Shown: positions 45,010 to 56,287, counted from the first letter of the whole stretch. The stretch is 62,947 nucleotides of DNA, filler included, from 11 parts of 11 records of this genome joined end to end with filler, not necessarily neighbours in it, one strand, 5' to 3'. Numbers and translations are program-made. The notes: generated from the letters alone by a model not told the origin.

Positions 45010-46650
45010 TCAGGCGTCTTCCTCCCAGCCGCAGCCCATCGACCAACTAGCCAGCCGCTTGACCAGCACAGCCTCCCCGCTCGGCACCCGCAGCCGGGCC
45101 CCAGTCTCGTCCGGCCCCGGGAAGTCCCGGGCCGACACCACCGCCCGCCCGCCCGCCCCGAACGCCTCCACGATCGACCTGTCCACCAGCACTCGGAGCT
45201 CTAGCAGCTGCTCGCTAGGCCGCACAGTGAAGTTGCTCTCCATCGGCCCCCACGGCGCCCAGCCCGAGTGGTTAACCAGCCGAGGCGCCCCCAGCCGCAG
45301 CCGGCCCCGCCTCGGCCCGCCGGCCGCCGATAGCTCGATCGAGACTTGCGTCGCGAGCTGCAGCGAAGCGTTGGAGGCAAGCACGTCCAGCGCCAGCTCG
45401 AGCCTGCCCGGGCCCAGCGCCACGGCCAGCTCGAGGTCCATGCTGGCGGCCGACCGGTCTAGCCAGATCGGCTGGCCGGGCGCGACCCTGAGCTGCTGCG
45501 CGGCAACCAGACTGGCATTCCTGAGCTTTGCGAGCTCAACTGGAGGCTGGGCGACCAGCTGTTGCCATTCGGGGGCCCAGCGGAGCACCCGGGGGAGGGT
45601 GAGCGGGCAGAAGCTGCGGCGCTGGTACGAGTACGCGAAGTCGTAGCAGAGGGCCATGTCGCGCGGCTGGAGGAAGCCAAGATGGAGCACACGCCCCGTG
45701 CGGTTGTCGAGTCCTGCCACAAACCAGTTGGCGTGGCTGCCCATAGACTCGACCATCTGCACCGGCAGCCTCACGTTCAGCTTCTGTGCCCGGCTGTTGT
45801 ACCAGCCGACTGCGTAGCCCCGGCCACCCGCCGCGTTGATCATATGGGTCGGCTCTTCAGCCCCAGCTCCGAGCGGCAGGAAGGACGGAGCCGAAATGCT
45901 CCCAATGGCCCGGCCGTCGGCGGTGCTCGCAAAGCTCGGATCTTGGAGCGCCCAGGGCCCGAGCAGCGCCTGGCTGCTGTACCGTCCCCAGCTGTTCGCA
46001 AGCGCGTTGACTGCGCATATCATGCTAAAGTTGGCCCGGCCCGCAGCCCAGATCTGACCCGAGAAGGCGCACGGCGGGCTGCCCCGGTCAAACCGAATCG
46101 GATTGGCCGGGTCCTTGAGCCACCCGACCAGCGCGCTGTCCACCGGCCTTGCGATGGCCACCCGGGGGGCGTCGTTCGCCACCGGCCGGGCGCAGTCGGG
46201 CCCGAAGGTCATGAGTGTGCCCACCCCGCGCCCGACCTCCAGCGAGACCGTCCCGTCGCAGTCGCCGTCGTGCCAGTCGTAAGAAGAGTTGGCCGACGGG
46301 TCCAGAGCGTTGGGCACCCGCCGCCACCGCGCCAAGTCCCGGCTGACCAGATGGCCCCAGCTGGCGTGGTATCCAACGGTCGGGTCGCTCGGGCTGCGCG
46401 AGGTGGCGTTCGGGGTCTGGTGCATCGCGTGGAATTGGCCACCCGCCCCGAAGATCGCGTTGGCGTCGGTGGCGGCCAGCGGCCAGAGCTCGCCGTCAGG
46501 TGTGCGGAGCATCCGGCCGAGCCCGTGGAAGAGCGGCGTGTGCAGGTGGGGCCCGGACCGCGCCCGACACTCGAGCGGCACGCCCTGGGCGCACAGCAGC
46601 ACCGCCGCACCGCACGCCCAGAGCAGCGCCGCACCACACGGGCCGTGCAT
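45010..46650 (-). CDS. Secreted GH32-like protein with divergent active site, intronless
   Basis: Signal peptide from ATG 46650; TPLFH, WGHLVSRDLARW, LTLPRVL, LRVLVDRSIVEAFG.GGR. Confidence 0.8.
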   Translation of the reverse strand: MHGPCGAALLWACGAAVLLCAQGVPLECRARSGPHLHTPLFHGLGRMLRTPDGELWPLAATDANAIFGAGGQFHAMHQTPNATSRSPSDPTVGYHASWGHLVSRDLARWRRVPNALDPSANSSYDWHDGDCDGTVSLEVGRGVGTLMTFGPDCARPVANDAPRVAIARPVDSALVGWLKDPANPIRFDRGSPPCAFSGQIWAAGRANFSMICAVNALANSWGRYSSQALLGPWALQDPSFASTADGRAIGSISAPSFLPLGAGAEEPTHMINAAGGRGYAVGWYNSRAQKLNVRLPVQMVESMGSHANWFVAGLDNRTGRVLHLGFLQPRDMALCYDFAYSYQRRSFCPLTLPRVLRWAPEWQQLVAQPPVELAKLRNASLVAAQQLRVAPGQPIWLDRSAASMDLELAVALGPGRLELALDVLASNASLQLATQVSIELSAAGGPRRGRLRLGAPRLVNHSGWAPWGPMESNFTVRPSEQLLELRVLVDRSIVEAFGAGGRAVVSARDFPGPDETGARLRVPSGEAVLVKRLASWSMGCGWEEDA

Positions 46651-46735
46651 CGGCGGCTCCCTGCAGCAGACTGCAGTCAGAGAGTGGGAGGTCCAGTTTG
46701 CCAGCGCAGCGAGAGATTCCAGCCAGAGATACAGC

Positions 46736-47074
46736 ATGGTGCCCGGTGGGTGGCGGTGCTGCCTGCTGGCGGTGGCGGTGCTCGCGGTCTCGGGGGCGGA
46801 GCTGGCCGACATGGCCGGGGACGACGCCCTGGTAGCGCCGATGCCCCTGGCGGACGCCGAGCCAGGGCCGATCGATCCGGTGGCCGGGGCAGCGCTCAGC
46901 CCAAAAGACGGGAGCCCGCTGGCCGAATCCGGGGTGGAGGGGGCCGGGATGCGGAGGTCGGGCAGCCTGGCGGAGCTCATAGGCACTCAGCTCGGCGAGG
47001 ACGCGGACGACGAGGAGGATATGCAGAGCCGGAGACGGAGAGCTAAAAAGAAGAAGAAGAGCAAAAAGAAGAAG
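46736..47074 (+). CDS. Secreted protein N-terminus, truncated
   Basis: Signal peptide MVPGGWRCCLLAVAVLAVSG; the frame runs into the linker. Confidence 0.55.
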
Positions 47075-47278
47075 NNNNNNNNNNNNNNNNNNNNNNNNNN
47101 NNNNNNNNNNNNNNNNNNTTAATTAATTAANNNNNNNNNNNNNNNNNNNNNNNNNNNNNNNNNNNNNNNNNNNNCCATTGCGGGCGCCTGCGAGGGCCAG
47201 CCTGGCCCGAAGAACTCTGTGTGCGACATCTCGGGCAGAATTTTTATAACGGCGCATCGCGCTTACAAAGTGCACCAG

Positions 47279-47914
47279 ATGGCCGGTTTGCTGGAGCGGG
47301 TGCTGAGCTACGGCGTGATTGCTGGGGCTGGGCTCACCAAGCTGCCGCAGATCCGAGCGCTCTGCCAGGCCGATCAGGCCGGTCACGGGCTGGCGCTGGG
47401 CACCCCGCTCGCTGACCTGCTCAGCTGCTCGCTCTCGTTCTGCTGCCACTACGCACACTGTCATCCGCTGAGCGCGTACGCCGAGGATTACTTGCTGGCC
47501 GCTCAAGATGCGACCATCTGCTGCCAAATCGCCCGACCGTCCAGAGCCCTCGCAGCGGGCTACGCCATGGCCTATGCGGCGGCCGTGTTGGTTTTGGCGA
47601 ATATCAAGCGGCTAGTCTCGGCCCGGCGGGCTGCGGGCGGGCTACTGCTCTGTCGCGCCACGGTGCTGCTGTTGAGTATGGTAGGGAAGCTGCCGCAGAT
47701 CTGGCGGAATTGGCTGGAGGGGGGCACAGGCCGGCTGAGTCTAGGGAGCACCGCACTGCTGGCGGTGGGCAACCTTATCCGGGTGTGGACTGGGATCGGG
47801 CTGGACAGGGCTAGCCAGCTGAGCAACCTCGTGGCTCTGGCGGCCAATCTGACGCTACTGGCCCAGATCGCGCACTATAGACAAAGCAAGAGCCAACGCG
47901 ATAAAACTCTATAA
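47279..47914 (+). CDS. MPDU1: PQ-loop protein, MPDU1/Lec35-like
   Basis: LSYGVIAGAGLTKLPQI and GKLPQIWRNWLEGGTGRLS. Confidence 0.8.
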   Translation: MAGLLERVLSYGVIAGAGLTKLPQIRALCQADQAGHGLALGTPLADLLSCSLSFCCHYAHCHPLSAYAEDYLLAAQDATICCQIARPSRALAAGYAMAYAAAVLVLANIKRLVSARRAAGGLLLCRATVLLLSMVGKLPQIWRNWLEGGTGRLSLGSTALLAVGNLIRVWTGIGLDRASQLSNLVALAANLTLLAQIAHYRQSKSQRDKTL

Positions 47915-47991
47915 ACTGTTAATTAACGTTGAGTGCTCGTACTCGTATGAGTACGAGTATAAGCCTCTATATATTGCATGATCGTATTTTA

Positions 47992-49040
47992 TTAACAGCC
48001 TCTATATGGCAATGCGAAAATCCGGATTACTTGAGCGGGATAGTTTGGATCTTGAGCGGTTTGCGCTTTGGGGTCAGTTGTTGCTTGATCCCTGCCATCC
48101 GAGTCGCCGGCCCGGCCCAGCCACATCCGCACCCGGCACCGCCTTCTTGGCCATCGCCCGCTCGCGCCGCTGCTTGATGATCTTCTCCACCTCGTCCGGC
48201 TGCAGCTGCTTTCCCGCCATCTTCCGCTGCCCGTGCTCACGCCAGCCAGCCCAACCCCCACCTTTGCCAGCTGGCCTACTCTCAGCTCCACGGGGGCAGG
48301 AGGCGGCCGCGCCGGGCTAGCGAGCTTCTCCTCCTGCTGCTTCTGCTGCTTCCTGCGGGTGCGGCTGGCCGCGGCTGGCAAGAGGGGGGCGCCTGAGCTG
48401 GATCCTCTGTCGCCGCTGCTCTCTCTGCTCTTCAATAGCAGCAGCTGCAGAATCAGCTGAGCTGAGCCGACAGCGGGCGGACACCACGGGCGGAGAGCTG
48501 GACACTGTGGTACACGCAGATCAGCAGCACCAGCATCGAGCTGCCCATTGCTACCTGCCCCGGGCTCGACCGGTCCTAGCGGGCACCCGACCTGCACCAG
48601 CCTGCTGCTCCTAATTAGAGCGCTCAGGTGCCCAAACAACTCGACCAACGGCAATTTCCCCGGCGAGCGGTTCCGCTTCTTGCCCAGCCGCTCCTGCCGC
48701 CGGATCGGGCCCCAACCCCCCAGCGTTGCACCCCCTTGCCGTCTATCAGAGAAGCCGTCACGCCGTCCGGGTTATCCTGGTACGCGCTGGCCGTCCGGGT
48801 GAGACAGCCCGGCCAGCCGAGCGCACTGTAGGAGCGATGCGGCGTCGCCCTGCACGGCTCGGAGCGCGCTGTCGTGCGGGTCAGGCCGATCGCGGGCTGG
48901 GATTACTCGTTGACGGTGGTGGGGTCGGCATCCTGCGCGGGCTGCTTGATAAAGGTCCGGCTGAGTGTGTCGGTGATCCCACCGGCGGCTCGGTCCGGGG
49001 CACAGGCCGCCGCCAGCCAGAGCCAGAGCCAGCGCTTCAT
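47992..49040 (-). CDS. Hypothetical secreted or membrane protein, multi-exon
   Basis: MKRWLWLWLAAACA start; frame-consistent short GT-AG introns in the 5' half; 3' end uncertain. Confidence 0.45.
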
Positions 49041-49110
49041 TTGCCTCGAGCCGTCCACGCCTGCCTCACCCTGATGACATGGTTGGCTCTGCTGGTCAAC
49101 GGTCGCGTCA

Positions 49111-50540
49111 ATGCTGGGCAGCAAGTGCTTCGGGTTGGCCCGGAGGGGGCTAGCCACCAGCGCGGAGGCGCACCGGGTGTGCATCGTCGGGGGTGGGTTC
49201 GGGGGGCTGTACACCGCCCTCGGGCTGAGCGCCCTGGCCGGTCGGTCCGGCGCTCTGGAGGTCACCCTGGTGGACCGAGCCGACCGGTTCGTCTTCCTGC
49301 CTCTGCTGTACGAGCTCGCGGTCGGGCAAGCCCAGCCGGCCCAGGTGGCCCCGCCGCTCGCGGAGCTGCTCCGGGGGACCGGGATCCGCCTAGTTCAGGC
49401 CGAGCTCACTGGGCTGGATCTGCCTAACCGGCAGGCGCTCCTGGCCGGCCGGCCGCCGCTGGGCTGGGACCGGCTGGTGCTCGCGCTCGGGTCGGAGCCT
49501 GCGGTGCCGGCCGGCTGCCCGGGGGCGGCTGAGCACGCCCGGCCGTTCCACCGGATGCAGGACGCTATGTTTGTGAGAGAGTGGCTGCAGTCTGCGTCGG
49601 ACAAGATGCCCCCCGTGTGTGTGGTGGGGGGCGGGCCTGCCGGGGTCGAACTAGCCTGCTCGCTCGGTGCGCGGCTGGCCACTGGGCCGGCAGTGCAGCT
49701 GGTCGAGGCGGGGCCGGCGCTCCTCCCGGCTGCTCCCGCTGCGCAGCGTGAGGACGCAGCAGCTGCGCTGCGCCGGCGAGGGGTCCAAGTGCTGCTCAAC
49801 ACCACCGTGGCCGCAGTGGGCCCGGACAGCGTTACGCTCGGGTCTGACCCGCAGCCGGCCAGCCTTGTGCTCTGGACAGGTGCCTGCTGTGTCCGGTCTG
49901 GCTGACCAATCGAGTGGCAGGTGGGTCCAGAGTGGCTACTAAAGGCTCCAACATCGGGCTCCCGGCGTGCGATCGGGGCCAGATCCTCACTGAGAGCACG
50001 CTGCAAGTGCGCGGCCTGCCAGGGGTGTACGCACTCGGCGACGGGGCCGCGAGCAGCGCCGGGAGCCCTGCCAGTGCGCAACTTGCGTTCCAGCAAGCCG
50101 AGTACGTGTCTCATAACCTGTGGCGGTCGCTGAGTGGACAGCCGGAGCTCGATTTCGAGTTCATCCCGATGGGCCAGATGCTCACGCTCGGGGCGCATGA
50201 GGGTGGCGTCTCGGCGTTTGAGCTGCTGCAGCTGAGTGGCTCGCTAGGCGGCGCAGTCAGGCGCGCTGTCTACCTGGCCCGGATGCCCACCCACCGGCAC
50301 AGGGCCAGCGTCGGGCTGGGCTGGGCGGCTGGGCTTGCGGGCGAGCTGCTCGGGCCCGGGGCGCGAGAGCTGGGCGAGGCTTGGCAGCAACCCATGGCGG
50401 AGCTGGTCGGAGCGCTGGAGGCGACTGGGCCAGCCAAGGAGGCGAACGCACAGCTGAATCGGACACTGGGGCCGATGGGGCAGGTCATGCCGCTGGTGCG
50501 TGACTTACGAGAGCGCTTGAAGGAATACAAAGCGTTTTGA
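49111..50540 (+). CDS. NDC1: Type II NAD(P)H:quinone oxidoreductase of the NDC1/NdbB type
   Basis: RVCIVGGGFGGLYTAL, RFVFLPLLYEL, VVGGGPAGVELA, AQLAFQQA, MGQMLTLG, RRAVYLARMPT..HR..VG..W; intron 49880-49920. Confidence 0.82.
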
Positions 50541-51196
50541 TCACATTTTGTCGAGTTTTAATTAAAATGACGTGTGCGAGAATGCCGTACGAATGTTATT
50601 AACACTGATTAAGGTGGACCTTCGTTGCGTTAATTGTGCTCCAGTTGTCGCCTAGAGGCCTACGCCCATACAAGTGCCCTTGAAGCTCCTTGTGATGACA
50701 AGCGCGAGCTCGAGAAATGAAAGGCTCCAACAATTGTTAACGGAATCAATCGCAATGCCTGTGTGCCCTGTGCCACTCGCCAGTCTGATCAGCCTCCATC
50801 CGCGTTCCGCCTGTGTACGCCTGCTGCAGACGAGCGGGAGCTAAGTGCAGAACACACCGCCTTGCAGGCTCAAGCCGCCGAGCTGCGGGCCGAGTTTGCG
50901 CACCGGGGCCATTGGAACCTCAGATCCCGCCATTTGCTAACGTTGGCCGATCTTGATGTCGCCCGCACCGGACGCCGCAAGGTACCCCCCACACCGTTTT
51001 CACCGCCCAGCGCTTGGACGCAAGATTGACGCTTTGCGACGCGATCGCGAGCTCTGCTGCCATTGGAATACAGCCGTGGGGCAGACACCAGCTGTGCGAG
51101 CTCAGGTCAGTCCTCGGGGCCCTCCGCTACAAGGGCCACGGGGCTGACCGGCCAGGATCGGCCGTTAGCTCTCTATAACGGCAACCGTGGGGCCCG

Positions 51197-52801
51197 ATGC
51201 CGATGTCGATCATGCTGCTGGCGTGCACGGCCCAGCTAGCCGCCGCATGGACCACATCGCCACTCCTGGCCTCCTTCACAGCCGATTTCCACGCCCCAGG
51301 CTCGTCCTGCAAGAAGCACGAGGCCCGCACCCAGTTCTGCTGGGCCAACGCCTCGATCCTCAACGTCGACCTAGCCAACCCGACGCTCATCCGAGCAGCC
51401 GCCGCGCTTTCACCGGCCATCTGGCGGATCGGCGGGAGCCCGGCCGACTCCACGGTGTATCAGCTGGGTGGCCTCCAGTGCCCTGAGCACGACGCCTGCT
51501 CGGCCGCGCTAGAAGCTGTGTGCGACACCTCCGGCGGGGACAAGGACGGATGCATCAAGTGCGCGCACCGGCATGGCGTCGATGCGCTGCCAGCCTGCAG
51601 CTCGAAGAAGATCAAAAGCAGCTGCGAGGGCCAAGCCGACACCGCTTCGTTCTACTGCCTCACCCAACAGCGGTGGACCGATGTGCTGCAGTTCGCTGAT
51701 CAGGCCGGATTGGCTATTTATTTTGGGCTCAATTACGCCTCACATTTGAACCTGTCAGACCCAGGGTCTGTGTGGAACTCTTCTAATGCGCGCGCACTGC
51801 TACAGCTCACCGCAGATACAGAGCAGCACATCGGGCGCAGGATCGTCAAAGGTTGGGAATTAGGGAACGAATTGAATATCGGAGGCGACGTGGCTGACCC
51901 TGATGCTCATGGTCAGCGCGAGCACAACACCACTCGCTATGGGGCAGCATTCGACGAGCTGGCTGCGCTCATACGCGATGTTTACACACAAAGTCGCTGG
52001 TTGCCGCTGCCTGAGGTTGTGGGCCCTGATGTGTCATGGATTCACGACACAGACGAGCTGTGGCTGGATGGAATCCTAAAATCGGCCAAGCACACTCCAG
52101 CAGCAGTCACGTTCCATCACTATCCGGGTGGGAAAATTGGTGGCAACGACAGCCTGATCTTCAGTCCCGAATTTCTACAGAAAACTGCCAACAACTTCTC
52201 AAACATTGTACGCAATGTTCGCCAGCTCACGACGCCCGCTCAGCGGGTGTGGTGGGGGGAGGGAGCGTTCGATTACCATTCAGGCCATGAGGGCGTCACT
52301 AATGCGTACGAGGACGCGCTCTTCTCAGCAGTAATGCTGGGCATGCTGCCCTCGATTGGAGTGGATGTGTGGGCTCGGTCAACATTATTTGGCGGGTACT
52401 ATGAGCTATTGGACCACCAGCAAGGATTTCGACCCAATCCGAGCTACTGGGTTGCCAGGTTGTGGAAGCTATTGGTCGGTTCTAGCTGTCAGGCTGTGAG
52501 CGGTGGCGGCGAGCTACAATCGCTGCTGTACGTGTGGGACTTTATTACGGCTGGACGTGCGTGGAGGCTTGTTGTGAATCTCGGCCCAACCGCAACCACT
52601 GTGGCGCCACCAGCAGAGCATGTCGAACTGTGGCTACTCGCCTCAAAGCAAGGGTTGCATTCCAAGACTATCTACTTGAACGATAGCCCACGGCCCCTTA
52701 CACTCGGCGATCCATTGGCCCCATCTGTGCGGCAAGGGGCTCACCTAAAGATGCCAGCGCTTTCGATAGCATTTATTGCGTCGCGGTCAGCTAATCGTTA
52801 A
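51197..52801 (+). CDS. Secreted GH79 heparanase/beta-glucuronidase-like enzyme, intronless
   Basis: Signal peptide; LSPAIWRIGGSPAD, FGLN, WELGNE (acid/base), TFHHY, VWWGEG (nucleophile), PNPSYW..LWK.L.G. Confidence 0.9.
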   Translation: MPMSIMLLACTAQLAAAWTTSPLLASFTADFHAPGSSCKKHEARTQFCWANASILNVDLANPTLIRAAAALSPAIWRIGGSPADSTVYQLGGLQCPEHDACSAALEAVCDTSGGDKDGCIKCAHRHGVDALPACSSKKIKSSCEGQADTASFYCLTQQRWTDVLQFADQAGLAIYFGLNYASHLNLSDPGSVWNSSNARALLQLTADTEQHIGRRIVKGWELGNELNIGGDVADPDAHGQREHNTTRYGAAFDELAALIRDVYTQSRWLPLPEVVGPDVSWIHDTDELWLDGILKSAKHTPAAVTFHHYPGGKIGGNDSLIFSPEFLQKTANNFSNIVRNVRQLTTPAQRVWWGEGAFDYHSGHEGVTNAYEDALFSAVMLGMLPSIGVDVWARSTLFGGYYELLDHQQGFRPNPSYWVARLWKLLVGSSCQAVSGGGELQSLLYVWDFITAGRAWRLVVNLGPTATTVAPPAEHVELWLLASKQGLHSKTIYLNDSPRPLTLGDPLAPSVRQGAHLKMPALSIAFIASRSANR

Positions 52802-53596
52802 TAGTTCTACTATAGTCTATATTGACTGCCTGGTCCTAGGTACTACGTACGTGCTCGCACTGTACTGGTCAGTACGGCTCTATTTCAGAACAACGCGAGG
52901 GCGTCCGTTACTAACTGTATGGAGATCACGCGGGTCAGCTGATCGGTGCGGCCGAGCTGCCCTGCCCAGGCGCGNNNNNNNNNNNNNNNNNNNNNNNNNN
53001 NNNNNNNNNNNNNNNNNNTTAATTAATTAANNNNNNNNNNNNNNNNNNNNNNNNNNNNNNNNNNNNNNNNNNNNGAAGGGGCGCAAGGCCCGCAATGAAT
53101 TCATTAAACATCAAAGGATTCGGCAGGCGTTTCAAATGTTTGATTCAGCATTTGGGTTCCTTGGGGCAGGCATTGGTCATTCTGGCTCTTTAGACGGAGA
53201 GCCTGAATGGAAGTCTCCCGAGCAGCCATTCAGTCCATTAGCTGCAAATCTGGCGCTGCCTGCGATTGCTTGGCAATGAGCCGCAGACGTGAGACTGTAG
53301 TCGGCGGCCGTGCAATTGCACTCAATCAATCCGTGCAATGACTTATGTAACATGAATGTAAGCGCGATGAAATCTGTCAGGCGAGATGAAATCTCTGCGA
53401 AAGGGAATCATGAGCAACATATAAATAGAAGATCCTAACGTCCGGTTTTAAAATTCAACAATCTATTACTTTATATTTCATTTTTATTACTAGTACATTT
53501 TGAATGCCACAAAAGTTTGTATTCATAATTATCTAGATGACATGAATCATATGATTGTGCTCACTTCAAGCATGCCTCAAGCATACCTCAAGCACA

Positions 53597-55940
53597 TCAA
53601 GTAAACCGACGGCCACGGCTCTTTGCGTGCGCCCTAAGCTCTTCGATCGACGGCGGAGTGGCGGCCCGCACTGTATAGCCCGTGAAGTCACTCATCTGCA
53701 CCGTAGCGCTTCCTTGATTCATCAAGTAAACGCCCGTAGCTTGAGCGCTCCCAGGGTAGGCTCGGGCGGTCGCACACGCTGTCCCGTTATTCACGAATGC
53801 TTCCACGATAGAATGGTCAACCAGCACGCGCAGATGCACAGCCCCGCTGGCCTCCAACGGGAAAGGACCGGTGTGCCCACCCACGGAGAGAGTTCCTGTC
53901 TGCCCGCTCTCAATGGTGACTGTCACATTGACTGTGCTCTCCAGCACCCCGAGCCCAAAGCTGGTCCCGATAGGAAACTGCCCGTTGAACACTGCAGTTA
54001 AGTCCAGCTGCGATCCTTCGATACCCTGGAGTCTGTGCGCTTGCCCGGGAGCGATCGGCGTGTTAGAGAGCTTCGTGCTCGACTCATGCAGCGAGGACAG
54101 ATCTATCGGGTAAAACAGCACGCGCCCAGCCCTTTGAGGGTCGGCTGTTACCAGGCGCGGGATGCTCTGGAGCCCGGCCCAGTCTTTTAGAGGAGAGCCG
54201 GGCCCCTCTCCGACCCACCCGATCAGTACCGGACGAGCCACCCCGGCGAACGTTTTGCTCGAGTAGAACATTCCGTAATCACACTGCTGATCGGACGAGT
54301 AACCGCCAGTTGTGACTCCAGTTCCAGTGACAAACTTGTTGGTTGCGTAATCGAAACGGCCGGTGGTCCAATAGTCTGTTCCGTTCTCCATACCAACTTT
54401 CATAAAAAGCGCTCCAGTGGTCAAGTTGACAATATCAGGCATTTCCCACGTGGGCCCTTGCCCGTCGCCAAACATGTGACCAACGTACTGCCACGACTCG
54501 AAATCTACAGACGAGTACAGGCATGAAGCTCCGCCGCATCCGAGCAGTTGCCGCCAGCTGCCATCAGGCCCAAGCCAGGCTCTGGAAGGGTCCCGGAATC
54601 CGCCGGTATTGGGCGCCTTGTGCCCCACCACGTGATTAGCAGTCCAGTTGACCAACAGTGGATCTGAGCGGTTGGTTGGTACAGCCTGACCGAAATACGA
54701 GTTGCACTGTACGGAGTATGACAGGACCACTCCCCCGCCTGGCGGGTCGACAGTGGCGGACCCTGACCACTCGCCTCCGCAGGAGCTCCTGTCTGGGTAG
54801 AGCGCGATGGGAAGCTGTCGCCAGCGGAGCATGTCGGTGGAGACGGCGTGGCCTGCCGGCCGGACTCAGCCCTAGGTGCTCAGGCTGGACGGACCCCAAT
54901 GCATGTTGGAGAACCCGACGTTGCTTAACGGATTCCACTGCCAAAACAGGTGGTAGAGCCCGGTCGAAGCGTCGAAAAACGGTCCGTTGGGATCATCTGC
55001 CCCCAAAGGTGAGCACTGGGTGATTGGAAGGAAGGGCGGTTAGAGTGGGGGGCACGCACTCATCCAGCTAGTGGGCTGGAAGTGGGAAGCCAGTACAGTA
55101 CAGTACAGCGCACAGCGCACAGTGCAGTAAAGTACAGTACAGTACAGTGCAGTAAAGTACAGTACAGCACAGCACAGCACAGTACAGTGCAGTACAGCAC
55201 AGTGCATTAGAGTATAGCAGATTAGAGCATAGCGCACTCATCCAGTTGGCGGTCGGCTGGAAGTGGAACCCAGTCCGGTATCCATCGCCCGCCCCTTCGA
55301 ACAGCTTCCTCAAGCTCCAGCAGCCGATCCCGCCGTTCTTCACCTCGTCAGAGCTGTTCTTGAAACTGACCGCCACCGGCCCGGTCTGATTCCGTTGCCC
55401 GCTGTAGCTCCAGCCGACACACGCCCCGTCCCCGGCGCACCGCCGCTCCGCTTCGGCCGTGGTCAGCGTGGTGGTTGGGCCGAGCTGATTCCCAGGCGCC
55501 AGGCAGACTGGATCAGCCAGCCAGGCGCAGCCGGGGGCCGCCTGGTCGCCGCACGGCTGGTTAGGCCAGGCCAGCCTCCCCGAGCTGATCGGAGCGGTGG
55601 GGTCGTTGTCCACGACTGGTAGCCACGAGTGATCGGCAACGGCATAGCAAGCGCCGGCGAAGTCAGCGGACGGGTAGTCGGCGTGGTGGTAACTGAACGA
55701 GTTGCACTGAGCCCCGTCGGCCGGGTCCTCGAAGCTCAGGCAGGCGGCCAGGCAAGCCTCGGTCGAGCCGAGCCGGCCGATGTAGCGAACCACCCCCGCC
55801 GAACGGTTCACCTGAGCTCGGCCGTAAACGTTTGAGGTGTTGGGGTACAGCTGGTACGGCGGCGGCGCCCCGAGGGCGGCTGCTGGAAGGCTCAGCCCCA
55901 CGAGCAAGGCCAGTGCCGAGATCTGTGCCGAGAGCCCCAT
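53597..55940 (-). CDS. Secreted GH32 beta-fructosidase/levanase with N-terminal PAN/apple-like Cys-rich modules
   Basis: Spliced YRTGFHFQPTANWMNDPNG (intron 54997-55237), HWGHAVSTD, WSGS, FRDP, WEMPD, FYSSKTF, VLVDHSIVEAF. Confidence 0.92.
55091..55206. repeat. Degenerate pentanucleotide microsatellite (CAGTA/CAGCA/CAGTG) inside a GH32 intron
   Basis: Directly visible tandem array. Confidence 0.95.
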
Positions 55941-55981
55941 GCCTGATGGCCAACAATAAAATAAAATAAATAAATCCGACC

Positions 55982-56287
55982 ATGGCGGCACGATTGGCCT
56001 GGGTGTTCGCACTGCTGCTGGCTGGTGCGGGGGCCGCCCCCAGCCTGGAGGAGCGCGTGGCCGCCCTGGAGGCCCGCTTCCCGCCCGAGATGCCCGGCCA
56101 GCTCGCCCAGCTCGCCGAGCAAGTCGCCCAACTCAAGCGGCAGCTGGCCGGAGCTGCCCCTGCCGCCCAGCCGGACCCCGCAGCGCCGGTAAACCCGATC
56201 GAGGCGGATATCGAAGGGCTCGGCCCGGGGCTCGCGCCGGAGCAGCTCGAGCCGCCTCTGGTGGATCTCCTCAAGCACACCTACAAG
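55982..56287 (+). CDS. Secreted protein N-terminus, truncated
   Basis: MAARLAWVFALLLAGAGA signal peptide and a short coiled coil; ends at a donor site plus poly-C at the contig end. Confidence 0.6.

Noticed and set aside
55040-55237. Cys/Tyr-rich ORF (LYCTVLYC...)
   Set aside because: Translation of an intronic pentanucleotide microsatellite.
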